Shown: positions 10,241 to 19,655 of the stretch, one piece after another
Numbering within the stretch: the stretch's first letter is position 1
Layout: every line of letters starts with the position of its first letter
From: an uncultured bacterium
GTDB taxonomy: Bacteria; Omnitrophota; Omnitrophia; Omnitrophales; Aquincolibacteriaceae
DNA: 64,000 nucleotides
Assembly: GCA_964606385.1 (NCBI GenBank)
Contig: CAZSFZ010000002.1
Coordinates: 35,119 to 99,118, forward strand
Reading direction: 5' to 3'
Made by a program: the position numbers and the translations under genes
Notes under the pieces: model-generated
Told to the model about the DNA's origin: nothing
Database searches by the model: none
Seen by the model: the letters and a program-made list of their open reading frames with translations, nothing else

Positions 10241-11486
10241 GTTCGATATGCTCCTGGTAATGCTCCAGCACGAGTTTCATCAGAAGTTCGGCGTTGTGGC
10301 GGACCTGTTCCCCCTCCTGAAGCACGTCTCCCTGGATGACCTGATAACCCTTTTCCCGGATCTTTTCGATATCCAGCTTGACCGGCACGGATCCCTGTTT
10401 GGCATAACGCTGCAACAGGACCGGCGGGATGACCGCCGTGTTCACAAAACACGCGTCCACGATCCTCGGGTCCGTATGCTCCAGGATCACGTTCAGGTGG
10501 TCGAGGGCGCTCATCCCGGTCGTTTCGCCCGGCTGCGTCATCGTGTTCATGATATAGACTTTATAGGCATCCGACCGGAGCACGGCATCCCGGATATCCT
10601 TGATCAAAAGGTTCGGCAAAATACTGGTATAAAGGCTTCCCGGCCCCATCAGCACGATATCCGCGATCTCGATCGCATCCAAAGCTTCCTGACAGGCCCT
10701 GCAATCATCCGGCCGGAGACGGATACTGCGAAGCGGTTTTTTCAGGTCCGTGATGTTCGTTTCGCCCTCGGCGGAGGTCCCGTCCATGAATTCGCCCACG
10801 AGGGTCACTTTTTCAAGCGTTGAAGGAAGCACGCGCCCCCGGATCGCCAAAACCTTGCTCGACTCCGCGATCGCCTTTTCGAAATCGCCCGTTACCATCG
10901 AGAGCGCCGTGATAAAAAGATTCCCGAAGCTATGCCCTTTCAAACCCTCGCCCAGGTCAAAGCGGTACTGAAAAAGATCGCGGATCAGCGGTCCCGCGTC
11001 GGCCAGCGCCACCAGGCAGTTCCGGATATCGCCCGGAGGCAGGATATCCATTTCGTCGCGCAGACGCCCCGAACTCCCGCCCGTGTCCGTGACGGTCACG
11101 ATCGCCGTGATGTTGCTCGTAACGGTCTTGATCCCCGAAAGCATCGTGCTCAGGCCCGTCCCGCCTCCGATCGCCACGATCCGCGGCCCGTGGAGGAGCG
11201 ATTCCCCGCGGCGCTTCTGGTAGACGATATCCACCAACGAATCATTTCCATTCAGGGGCATCAGGGCGCGCACAAAGATCCGCACCATGTTCTTGATCGA
11301 GGTATAAATAAGAAAGATCCCGAGGATCAGCAGGGCCGTCGCGAACGACGCGAGCAGCACGCTCGTCTTGGACATCGTCTGCACGGTCAGAAGGGCCACG
11401 ACCACGATGAACCCAAGCCCCAACGAGCAGAGGATGATCCACCGTTTGATCCCGATCCCGGGGTAGAACCATTTGAAGAATTTCAT
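10227..11486 (-). CDS. YvcK/UPF0052 (CofD-like, gluconeogenesis factor family) protein with an N-terminal 2-TM extension
   Basis: IVAIGGGTGLSTMLSGIK is the YvcK/CofD signature. Two hydrophobic helices lie in the first 60 aa. Length is 419 aa. Confidence 0.75.
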   Translation of the reverse strand: MKFFKWFYPGIGIKRWIILCSLGLGFIVVVALLTVQTMSKTSVLLASFATALLILGIFLIYTSIKNMVRIFVRALMPLNGNDSLVDIVYQKRRGESLLHGPRIVAIGGGTGLSTMLSGIKTVTSNITAIVTVTDTGGSSGRLRDEMDILPPGDIRNCLVALADAGPLIRDLFQYRFDLGEGLKGHSFGNLFITALSMVTGDFEKAIAESSKVLAIRGRVLPSTLEKVTLVGEFMDGTSAEGETNITDLKKPLRSIRLRPDDCRACQEALDAIEIADIVLMGPGSLYTSILPNLLIKDIRDAVLRSDAYKVYIMNTMTQPGETTGMSALDHLNVILEHTDPRIVDACFVNTAVIPPVLLQRYAKQGSVPVKLDIEKIREKGYQVIQGDVLQEGEQVRHNAELLMKLVLEHYQEHIEHAEE

Positions 11487-11514
11487 AAAAGTGCCGGCAA
11501 AAAGCGGGGCCGGA

Positions 11515-11979
11515 TCAGGCCTTGCGGTTCTCTTCTTTGGAGATCAGGTCGTAGATGTCCTTCGGCGTCTTGCATTTCCGGATCAGCTCGCAGAAATAGG
11601 TGTCGCGCAAAAGCCTTGAGATCTGGGCAAGCGCCTTGAGGTGCGGCCCGGCCGTATCTTTGGGCGCGACCAGCAGGAAGAGGATGTAAACGGGTTCCCC
11701 GTCGAGGGCTTCAAAATTCACGCCCTTGCGGCTCACGCCGAGCACAGCCACCAGGCCGTCGACCTTGTCGGTCTTTCCGTGCGGAATGGCGATCCCCTGC
11801 CCGATCCCCGTGGAGCCCAGGTTCTCGCGTTCGATCAGGGCGCGCAGGATATTTTTCTTATCCCCCACATCCTTGACCTCGGCCAGCAGGTCGACCATCT
11901 CTTTTAAAATGCCTTCTTTGTCGGTCGCTTCCAGATCGACCTTGATGCCCTTCACGCTCAAAAAATCTGTGATCTTCAT
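11515..11979 (-). CDS. ptsN: PTS IIA-type nitrogen regulatory protein PtsN (EIIA-Ntr)
   Basis: GIAIPHGK contains the phospho-His. Length is 154 aa. The gene sits between hpf and the yvcK-like gene, as in canonical clusters. Confidence 0.8.
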   Translation of the reverse strand: MKITDFLSVKGIKVDLEATDKEGILKEMVDLLAEVKDVGDKKNILRALIERENLGSTGIGQGIAIPHGKTDKVDGLVAVLGVSRKGVNFEALDGEPVYILFLLVAPKDTAGPHLKALAQISRLLRDTYFCELIRKCKTPKDIYDLISKEENRKA

Positions 11980-12012
11980 GGATATTTCCTCCGGATTAAA
12001 AAAGGTTGCGGA

Positions 12013-12564
12013 TCAGAATCCCGGCTCGATAAGCCCGTGACTCCCGTCCTTGCGTTTATGGATGACATTCACCGCGTTCGTGTCCTGATTCATGAAAACA
12101 AGAAAGGTGTCCGGAGAGATCTCCAGCTGCAGGCTGGCCTCTTCGACCGACATCGGCTTCGCCGCGAAGGCCGGCGAGCGGACGATCTTCGGATGATCGG
12201 CGGGCAAAATGCTCTCCGCCTCGATCATTCCGAAAGCGCGTGCGACCTTGGCCGATGTCCTGGAATTTTTCTTATGATGCCCTTTGGTCTTGGAGCGGAA
12301 TTTCTTCAGCTGCTTCTCGACCCGGGCATACGCTTCATCCATCGCCGCGAAGATATTCTCCTTCGCCTCGCCCAAACCGAACGCGTGAAAATTCTTGGCG
12401 GAAAGCGTGATCTCGGCCTTGAAGATATATTTTTCTTTTTTAAGGAACACATGCGCCTCCACGAGCCGGGGCGCGTATTTTTCGAATTTAGGGAGGCGTT
12501 CTTCCAGATGTTCCTTCATGCCTTCCGTGATCTTGAGATTCTGCCCTGAAAAACGGATATCCAC
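12013..12564 (-). CDS. hpf: Ribosome hibernation promoting factor (long form)
   Basis: The N-terminus reads MDIRFSGQNLKITEGMKEHLEERL, a sigma54-modulation/RaiA fold. A C-terminal dimerization domain is present. Length is 183 aa. Confidence 0.85.
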   Translation of the reverse strand: MDIRFSGQNLKITEGMKEHLEERLPKFEKYAPRLVEAHVFLKKEKYIFKAEITLSAKNFHAFGLGEAKENIFAAMDEAYARVEKQLKKFRSKTKGHHKKNSRTSAKVARAFGMIEAESILPADHPKIVRSPAFAAKPMSVEEASLQLEISPDTFLVFMNQDTNAVNVIHKRKDGSHGLIEPGF

Positions 12565-12621
12565 TTTAAATGTCCTCCTTGAAAGTGCTTCGATGGATTA
12601 CTTGAGAAAAGCGGTGTCGGA

Positions 12622-13347
12622 TTACGCTAGCGTGAACCTTTCGCCGAGATAGATCTCCCGGGCTTTGGCGTCGGAAGCGAGGAACTCCGAGGTCCCGGAG
12701 ACCTCGACCTTGCCCTCGAAAAGAAGATAAGAACGGTCCGTAATGGAAAGCGTTTCTCGGACGCTGTGATCCGTGAGCAGGATGCTCAAGCCCTGGGCTT
12801 TGAGCCGCTGCAGGATCTTCTGCACTTCAAAAACGGCGATCGGGTCCACGCCACTAAAGGGCTCGTCCAGAAGGATCAGCGAAGGGTTCGTGACCAGCGC
12901 CCGCGTGATCTCAAGGCGCCGCCTTTCGCCGCCGGAAAGCGTGTAAGCCTTGTTCTTGGCAAGATAAGCGATATCGAGATCGTTCAAAAGCCTCTTGAGG
13001 CGCCGGTCCCGCTCTTCCTGCGGGATCTCCAGCGTTTCCAGGATCGCCATGATATTCTCTTCCACCGTCAGCTTTCGGAAGATCGAGGGTTCCTGAGAAA
13101 GGTAACCGATCCCGAGACGCGCCCGCTCGAACATCGGAAGGTTCGTAATCTCCTCACCCCGGAAAAAGATCTGTCCGGCTTCCGGACGGATCACGCCGAC
13201 CACCATGTAAAACGACGTGGTCTTTCCGGCGCCATTCGGACCCAAAAGCCCGACGATCTCGCCGCGGGAGATCTGGATATTGACGCCGTTGACGACGGTC
13301 CGTCCCTTATAACTTTTAGTGAGCTGCCTTGTCTCAAGTAAATTCAT
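12622..13347 (-). CDS. lptB: LPS export ABC transporter ATP-binding protein
   Basis: Walker A (GPNGAGKTT) and the ABC signature LSGGERRRLEI are present. Length is 241 aa. The gene lies adjacent to an OstA-like gene. Confidence 0.85.
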   Translation of the reverse strand: MNLLETRQLTKSYKGRTVVNGVNIQISRGEIVGLLGPNGAGKTTSFYMVVGVIRPEAGQIFFRGEEITNLPMFERARLGIGYLSQEPSIFRKLTVEENIMAILETLEIPQEERDRRLKRLLNDLDIAYLAKNKAYTLSGGERRRLEITRALVTNPSLILLDEPFSGVDPIAVFEVQKILQRLKAQGLSILLTDHSVRETLSITDRSYLLFEGKVEVSGTSEFLASDAKAREIYLGERFTLA

Positions 13348-13349
13348 GA

Positions 13350-14231
13350 CTAAAGCACTCCTTTTTCTAAGTTGCTGGCATCCCCGCTGAAATAAAGGGC
13401 CTCCGTGTCCCCGCCCAGGATGATACGTCCTTCGTCCGCCAGATAGATCACACTATCCGAATAAGTCTTGTTGCCGTCGGGATTCTCGATCACGACATCT
13501 CCCGCGGAAACGATCTTGGAAACGCGGCGGCTGACGCGGTTGTAATAAACGTCCATGGTGTCAGCGGTCAGCTTGCCCCGGGAATCCTGCGCCACCACAT
13601 TGTCCCGGAAATGAGCGATGTTCTTTTCGTAGTCCACGACAAGCGGTCCGTCACAGGTGATCGTTGTGGGCCCGGTTTCCTTGTCCTCGGCGTTCTGCAC
13701 GATCACGGTCACGTTTTTATGGAATTTTACTTTTTTGAGGTTCGTCTCAGCGCGGGCTCCGGTGCCTTCCACATTGATATTGTCCTTCTTGACCTGCGCC
13801 GGAAGATCCGTCTCCACGATATGTTCGGAGGGGCTCATATCCAGGGCCTCGGTCACAAGGCGCGTCCCGTCATCGGTCGTGGCGACCACGTTCTTTTCAA
13901 GGCGGACCTTGTTGTTCTTTTTATCGTAATTACCATGGTCCGCCGTCACGGTCACGGGAACTTCTTCGGCATAGGCCTTGGCCATCACGTTCATGAGCTG
14001 TACGTTATTGGAAAGGATGTCCGCGGAATCCCCCTCGATCTCGATCTCCCGCTGGCCCTCGGGTGTGTATTTAGTAAAAGAGAAAGAAAAGATCCTCTGG
14101 GGTTTTTGTTCAGACGCTTTTTCGGTGCCCTTCGCGGCCCTGTGTTTCCGGGTGATGACCACCTGGACCTGCACAAAGAAAACATAAAAAACCACAAGCG
14201 CGGCAAAAATAAGAACCAGACGTTTCATCAT
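13350..14231 (-). CDS. LptC/LptA-family (OstA-like) LPS transport periplasmic protein with an N-terminal membrane anchor
   Basis: An N-terminal TM helix is followed by repeated beta-strand-rich segments typical of the OstA-like jellyroll. It sits directly upstream of lptB. Length is 293 aa. Confidence 0.55.
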   Translation of the reverse strand: MMKRLVLIFAALVVFYVFFVQVQVVITRKHRAAKGTEKASEQKPQRIFSFSFTKYTPEGQREIEIEGDSADILSNNVQLMNVMAKAYAEEVPVTVTADHGNYDKKNNKVRLEKNVVATTDDGTRLVTEALDMSPSEHIVETDLPAQVKKDNINVEGTGARAETNLKKVKFHKNVTVIVQNAEDKETGPTTITCDGPLVVDYEKNIAHFRDNVVAQDSRGKLTADTMDVYYNRVSRRVSKIVSAGDVVIENPDGNKTYSDSVIYLADEGRIILGGDTEALYFSGDASNLEKGVL

Positions 14232-14253
14232 GAGCGTTTCACTATCTCCCTAA

Positions 14254-14325
14254 GACTGCGCACCTTAAAATGAATATTGGCGCAGCATTGTACCGTTGAC
14301 CCTTAAAATTGAATATCAAACGGTG
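14254..14325. repeat. Two adjacent hairpins whose loops carry the motif CCTTAAAAT(T)GAAT
   Basis: 14256-14285 has stem ctgcgc/gcgcag with loop accttaaaatgaatattg. 14292-14324 has stem accgtt/aacggt with loop gacccttaaaattgaatatca. A third copy lies at 42466-42504. Confidence 0.6.
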
Positions 14326-15266
14326 TTAAGTTCCGCTTGAGCCACGTGTTCCGGCTTTGTTTTCCAGCGGTCATGCATCCACCCCCACTGTTCGGGGTAA
14401 CGGCGGATCAACACTTCAAAATCACTCATCCAGGCTTCCGTATACTTCCGGATCGAGGCTGTCCGGTCGCCGCCTTCGATCTTCGGCCGCATCAAAGTCC
14501 CCAAAAGGAGTTTGTAGCGATTCCCGGGCATCCGGACCATACAAGCCGGCAGGATCGGCGCCCCCAGCGCCATGGCGAATTTCACCGGTGCCACCGAAGT
14601 GTAAGCGGGTTTCCCGAAAAAATCTACGAAAACGCCGCGCACCCGGTCCATATCCTGATCGGGCAAAAGACCGACGATCTCGCCGGCTTTTAAATGCTTA
14701 TGGATCTGCCGGGCCGCCTCATCTTGGTAGATCGTCTGGACCCCTACCGATCTCCTGAGCCCCACGATCCATTGATTATACGGCTCGTAATAGATCCGCC
14801 GGCCGACCACCGCGCCCTGAAAACCCTGAAGGCCGAAAATGCCGGCCAGGAGCTCCCAGTTGCCCATGTGTGGGGTCATTATAATGAGCCCCTTCCCTTC
14901 TTGCAAAATATCTTTGCAAAAAGAATAGGCGTCGCCGACTTCCACGAACGAGGCGGCCTTGTCACGGGACAGCGTGGCAAACCGGAGGAAATCCACGGCG
15001 GTCCGGAGCATATGCCCCATCACCCCGCGCCCGATCGTTTCTAATTCCTCGAAACTCTTTGTGTCGCCGTAGGCAAACTTCAGATTTTCAAGAACCTTCG
15101 TTCTCTGCCGGGCGACCAGCCGGTACCCCAGGCTTCCGGCCCAGTCCGCAAGCGCTAAAGCCATCCCCCGCGGCAAAAGCAGCAACAAGCTCGCGCCGAG
15201 CCGGGTCAGGAGATAAAGCGGATAACGGTAGAACTTTCTCTTGGCCATAGTCCCAATACTTATCAA
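14316..15266 (-). CDS. Lipid A biosynthesis (Kdo2-lipid IVA) acyltransferase, LpxL/LpxM/HtrB family
   Basis: The HMGNWE (HX4D/E) acyltransferase motif is present and the C-terminus reads YPEQWGWMHDRWK. Length is 316 aa. Confidence 0.75.
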   Translation of the reverse strand: MISIGTMAKRKFYRYPLYLLTRLGASLLLLLPRGMALALADWAGSLGYRLVARQRTKVLENLKFAYGDTKSFEELETIGRGVMGHMLRTAVDFLRFATLSRDKAASFVEVGDAYSFCKDILQEGKGLIIMTPHMGNWELLAGIFGLQGFQGAVVGRRIYYEPYNQWIVGLRRSVGVQTIYQDEAARQIHKHLKAGEIVGLLPDQDMDRVRGVFVDFFGKPAYTSVAPVKFAMALGAPILPACMVRMPGNRYKLLLGTLMRPKIEGGDRTASIRKYTEAWMSDFEVLIRRYPEQWGWMHDRWKTKPEHVAQAELNTV

Positions 15267-15339
15267 TTTTAACGAAGTTGAAATTGGGGCAATCCCAACT
15301 GCCCTTCATGTAAAAAAATCTAACGTTGGGATAGGCGGG

Positions 15340-16311
15340 TTAAACCCGGCCCGCCCTCATCAGGTCCTGAACGTCCAGTAGGCCCACAACGCGGCGGTTC
15401 CTGTCCACCACAGGTAATTCGTCGATCCGGAGGGATTCCATGATATGGAACGCCTCTTCCGCGAGTTTTTCCCTCTGGATATACCGGGGCTTGAGCGTGG
15501 CAAATTCCGCGACAGGACGATTCAGGATCTTTTCCCCGCCTGTTTTAAGATGACGCCTGAGATCCCCGTCGGTAAATACGCCCACCAATTTCCCATCCCG
15601 GTCAACGATCGTGCAGCTTCCCGCCCGGGAAGCGGTGATCTTAAGAAGCGCCTGACGCACCGGGGTTTTGATCCCCACGAGCGGATTGGCTTTACCCGTG
15701 CGCATGATCTCCGAAACTTTCAGCAATCGCTTACCGAGACTTCCCGCCGGATGAAGCTCCGCGAAATCCTCGGAGCGGAATCCTTTTTTCTTGAGAAGCG
15801 CGAACGCGAGCGCGTCTCCTATGGCAAGCGAGGCGGTTGTCGAAGCCGAAGGTGCCAGGTTCAACGGACAGGCCTCGCGCCGCACGCCGAGGTCCAATAC
15901 CTTATCCGCATTTTTTCCGAGCGTGGAGGACGGGACGCTCGTCAGCGCGACAAGCTTCACGCCTTTCTTCTTCAAAAGAGGGATCAGCCTCACGATCTCT
16001 TCGCTTTCGCCGCTTTGCGAGATCGCGATTACAAGGTCCTTGGACGTGACCATCCCGAAATCACCGTGCACCGCTTCCGCCGGATGGAGGAAGAACGTGG
16101 GAGTTCCCGTCGAGGCCATGGTCGCGGCGATCTTGCGGGCGATAAAACCGGGCTTCCCCATCCCCGTCAGGATCACGCGGCCCCTGCAATCCGCCAGCCA
16201 TTGCACCACGGTCTCGAAATCCCTGCCGATCCTGGAACGGAGGCGCGAGATCGCGAGCGCTTCCATCCGGAGCACTTCTTTGGCGAGCTTGACGACGTTC
16301 GATTTTTTCAT
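15340..16311 (-). CDS. kdsD: Arabinose-5-phosphate isomerase (KpsF/GutQ family; SIS + CBS domains)
   Basis: The SIS motif ISQSGESEE is followed by tandem CBS domains. The start was trimmed to MKKSNVV at 16311, 2 nt after the kdsA stop. Confidence 0.85.
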   Translation of the reverse strand: MKKSNVVKLAKEVLRMEALAISRLRSRIGRDFETVVQWLADCRGRVILTGMGKPGFIARKIAATMASTGTPTFFLHPAEAVHGDFGMVTSKDLVIAISQSGESEEIVRLIPLLKKKGVKLVALTSVPSSTLGKNADKVLDLGVRREACPLNLAPSASTTASLAIGDALAFALLKKKGFRSEDFAELHPAGSLGKRLLKVSEIMRTGKANPLVGIKTPVRQALLKITASRAGSCTIVDRDGKLVGVFTDGDLRRHLKTGGEKILNRPVAEFATLKPRYIQREKLAEEAFHIMESLRIDELPVVDRNRRVVGLLDVQDLMRAGRV

Positions 16312-16313
16312 GT

Positions 16314-17147
16314 TCAGGACTCTCCGCCGGCGCATTTTTTAAAGGCGAGCAGTTTTTGAAGCAAGGGTTTCAGCTTGGAAAACGCGAGCGCATTGGGCCC
16401 GTCCGAAAGCGCCCGGGCCGGATTTTCATGGATCTCCATGAACACGGCATCCGCTCCGGCCGCCACGGCGCAGCACGCGAGCGTGGGAATGAATTCAGAC
16501 ATGCCGCCGGACGCCGTTCCCTTCCCGCCGGGCACCTGGACCGAATGCGTGGCGTCATAGACTACGGGATATCCGAAGCCCCGCATGATCGGGATCGCGC
16601 GAAAATCATTCACGAGATTATTGTAGCCAAAACTCGTGCCGCGTTCGGTGAGAAGGATCTTCTTGCACCCAACCTCCTCCAGCTTATCGATCATATTCTT
16701 CGCTTCCCAAGGAGAGAGAAATTGCCCCTTTTTCACATTCACGATCTTCCCCGTCGCCGCGGCCGCAAAGAGAAGGTCGGTCTGACGGCAAAGGAACGCG
16801 GGGACCTGCAGGATATCCGCGACTTCGGCCACGGGCGCCGCCTGTTCGGGCGTGTGGAAATCCGTCAACACGGGCAGCTTGAACTCCTTTTTGACCCGCG
16901 CGAGGATCTTTAATCCCTTCTCGATGCCCGGGCCTCGGAACGAACGGATCGACGAACGGTTAGCCTTGTCAAAACTTGCCTTAAATACATAAGGCACTTT
17001 GAGTGAACGCGCGACACCCGAGATCTTTTCCGCAAGCCGGAGCGTGCCTTTTTCGTCCTCGATTACGCAGGGCCCGCCGATCAGCACAAGCTTGCGGGGA
17101 TCCCCAAAAACGATTGAACCCAGAGCGACTTTATGCATGGATCTCAT
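16314..17147 (-). CDS. kdsA: 2-dehydro-3-deoxyphosphooctonate aldolase (KDO-8-phosphate synthase)
   Basis: [13 protein letters not shown] and the DATHSVQ.PGG motif are present. Length is 277 aa. Confidence 0.9.
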   Translation of the reverse strand: MRSMHKVALGSIVFGDPRKLVLIGGPCVIEDEKGTLRLAEKISGVARSLKVPYVFKASFDKANRSSIRSFRGPGIEKGLKILARVKKEFKLPVLTDFHTPEQAAPVAEVADILQVPAFLCRQTDLLFAAAATGKIVNVKKGQFLSPWEAKNMIDKLEEVGCKKILLTERGTSFGYNNLVNDFRAIPIMRGFGYPVVYDATHSVQVPGGKGTASGGMSEFIPTLACCAVAAGADAVFMEIHENPARALSDGPNALAFSKLKPLLQKLLAFKKCAGGES

Positions 17148-18831
17148 TCATCTCCTGTGCTGGTGTTTCCGGTTTTGCGAGCTCCGGTTTTTGGTGGACG
17201 GGAACTTCCAAACCGCATTCTTCCTGAAAAGCGAGGGCGTGACGAATGAACTCCCGGAAAAGCGGGTGCGCCCGGTCCGGCTTGGATTTGAATTCGGGAT
17301 GGAACTGAACGGCGAGAAACCACGGATGATCTTCCAGTTCGATCATTTCGACGAGCTTCCCATTCGGAGAGATCCCCGAAAGCTTCATGCCGGCCTTCTG
17401 GAATTTTTCGCGGTATTCGTTGTTGAATTCATAACGGTGACGGTGACGTTCCGAGATCTCTTCCGCCTTGTAAGCCTTGTAAGCCAACGTTTCTTTCTTG
17501 ACCTGGCAAGGATACGCGCCCAAACGCATCGTGCCTCCCAAGTCCTTCACATTCTGCTGCTCCTCGAGAAGGCTGATCACCGGGAAAAGCGTCTTTTTGT
17601 TGAATTCGGTGGAGTGCGCGCCTTTCATGTCCAGGACATTGCGGGCAAACTCGATCGCCGCGCACTGCATCCCGAGACAGATGCCGAAAAAAGGGACTTT
17701 CTTCTCGCGGCAATACTGGATCGCCTTGAGCTTGCCTTCGATCCCCCGGCTGCCGAACCCTCCGGGCACGAGAACCCCCGAAACCCCTCTGAGCTGCTGT
17801 TCCATCGAACGGCTCGTCTCAAGCTTTTCGGAATTGATCCTCTTGATCACAACACCCGAGTCGTTGGCGATCCCGCCATGCTTCAAAGATTCATAAATGG
17901 ACTTGTAAGCATCCTGCAACTCGATGTACTTCCCCACCACGGCGATCTTGACCATGTGTTTGGGATGGAGCGTGATATCGACCACGCTCTTTTTCCACTC
18001 GTGAAGACTTCCTGACTTGTATTCGATCTTGAGCTTCTGACAGATGACCTTGTCGATCCCCTCTTGTTTGAAGGTAAGGGGGCATTCATAGATCGAAGCC
18101 ACATCCCGCGCCTCGATCACGGCCTCGGGCTCCACGTTGCAAAAAAGCGCGATCTTGTCCTTCATCGCCTGGTCGATCTTTTTTTCCGTGCGGCAGATCA
18201 GAATGTCCGGCTGGATCCCGATCTCGCGAAGCGTTCCGACGCTGTGTTGCGTGGGCTTCGTCTTAAGTTCCCCCGCGGCCCGGATGTAAGGGACAAGCGT
18301 CAAATGGATGAAAAGGGAGTTTTCGCGGCCGACTTCATGACGGTATTGGCGGGCCGCTTCGAGGAACGGCAGGGACTCAATATCGCCGGCCGTGCCTCCG
18401 ACTTCCGAAATGACAATATCGTAGCGCTTGTTGCGGGAAACGTTCCGGATGCGCTCCTTGATCTCGTTGGTGATATGCGGCACGACCTGCACGGTCCCGC
18501 CCAAATAATCCCCGCGGCGTTCTTTGGTGATCACGCTGTAATAGACCTGACCACTCGTGACGTTGTTCTCGCGCCCCAACGTCGTATGCGTAAAGCGTTC
18601 GTAATGGCCGAGATCGAGGTCCGTTTCGGCGCCGTCATCGGTGACATACACCTCGCCGTGCTGGAAAGGATTCATGGTCCCCGGATCGACGTTGAGGTAA
18701 GGGTCCAGCTTCTGGATCGCGACCTTGAGGCCCTTCGCTTCCAGGATCTTCGCGATCGACGCGGACGCGATCCCCTTTCCAAGGGATGAAACCACACCTC
18801 CAGTCACAAAAATATGTTTCGGCATATTCAA
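17131..18831 (-). CDS. pyrG: CTP synthase
   Basis: [17 protein letters not shown] is followed by a C-terminal glutamine amidotransferase domain (GICLGMQ). Length is 566 aa. Confidence 0.95.
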   Translation of the reverse strand: MNMPKHIFVTGGVVSSLGKGIASASIAKILEAKGLKVAIQKLDPYLNVDPGTMNPFQHGEVYVTDDGAETDLDLGHYERFTHTTLGRENNVTSGQVYYSVITKERRGDYLGGTVQVVPHITNEIKERIRNVSRNKRYDIVISEVGGTAGDIESLPFLEAARQYRHEVGRENSLFIHLTLVPYIRAAGELKTKPTQHSVGTLREIGIQPDILICRTEKKIDQAMKDKIALFCNVEPEAVIEARDVASIYECPLTFKQEGIDKVICQKLKIEYKSGSLHEWKKSVVDITLHPKHMVKIAVVGKYIELQDAYKSIYESLKHGGIANDSGVVIKRINSEKLETSRSMEQQLRGVSGVLVPGGFGSRGIEGKLKAIQYCREKKVPFFGICLGMQCAAIEFARNVLDMKGAHSTEFNKKTLFPVISLLEEQQNVKDLGGTMRLGAYPCQVKKETLAYKAYKAEEISERHRHRYEFNNEYREKFQKAGMKLSGISPNGKLVEMIELEDHPWFLAVQFHPEFKSKPDRAHPLFREFIRHALAFQEECGLEVPVHQKPELAKPETPAQEMNEIHA

Positions 18832-19655
18832 TTCCTCACGGGGTTGACCTGCAATCGTTTTTCGACCTCACGCAGGTCCTCTTCCGTGTCCACGCTGATG
18901 AAATCATACGCCGTTTCGATCACGCGAATGGAACGGCCCCTTTCGAGGACCCTTAATTGTTCCAACTTTTCGATGTTTTCCAGAACGCCCGGTTTCCAGT
19001 TCACGAACTCCAGAAGAAAATCGCGGCGATACCCGTAAACCCCCAGATGCTTTAAAAAGCTGAAGGCGCCATCCTGCTTGCCCTGGCTTCCATTTTCTTT
19101 TCTCAAAGGATTGCCAGGACTAGCCCGATTAACCTTTGAATCTTGCAATGGAGAATTGGGCTTGCCTTGAAAAAAGGGGATCGTCGCCCGCGAAAAATAA
19201 AGCGCGTTCCCGTCCTCGCCGCAAACCACTTTAACAACATTCGGATTCTCATAGCTTTCCCGGTCGGTCATGCGCACGGCCAGGGTCAGCATGTCCATAT
19301 TTTTCGATCTTTCGAAAATGCCGACCATCTCATCCAGCGCTTTCGGGTCCACGAGCGGCTGGTCGCCCTGGATATTGATCACCAGCTCCTGCTTGAAATG
19401 TCCCATCACTTCCGCGATGCGCGACGTGCCGTTCGGATGGTCCTTGCGGGTCATAAAAGCCTTGCCCCCGAACCCTTCCACGCATTGCTGGATGCGGGCG
19501 TCATCGGTCGCGACGATCACATCCTCGAGTTTTTTCGCCTGCCGGGCGCGCTCCCAAACATGCTGGATCATGGGTTTCCCGGCGATCACACGCAGGATCT
19601 TCTCGGACAATCTTGTGGAGCCTAAACGCGCGGGAATAACGCCAAGGGCTTTCAT
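18828..19655 (-). CDS. kdsB: 3-deoxy-manno-octulosonate cytidylyltransferase (CMP-KDO synthetase), with a ~25-aa low-complexity insertion
   Basis: The N-terminus reads [16 protein letters not shown] and the protein contains [12 protein letters not shown] and EQLRVLE. An extra [35 protein letters not shown] segment lies between conserved blocks. Confidence 0.85.
   Translation of the reverse strand: MKALGVIPARLGSTRLSEKILRVIAGKPMIQHVWERARQAKKLEDVIVATDDARIQQCVEGFGGKAFMTRKDHPNGTSRIAEVMGHFKQELVINIQGDQPLVDPKALDEMVGIFERSKNMDMLTLAVRMTDRESYENPNVVKVVCGEDGNALYFSRATIPFFQGKPNSPLQDSKVNRASPGNPLRKENGSQGKQDGAFSFLKHLGVYGYRRDFLLEFVNWKPGVLENIEKLEQLRVLERGRSIRVIETAYDFISVDTEEDLREVEKRLQVNPVRN

Noticed and set aside
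14267-14296. Tiny plus-strand ORFs starting at the ATG/TTG inside the CCTTAAAATGAAT motifs (9-12 codons)
   Set aside because: There is no SD, the lengths are not conserved between copies, and they are antisense to every gene. The ATG is more likely part of a structural or binding motif.
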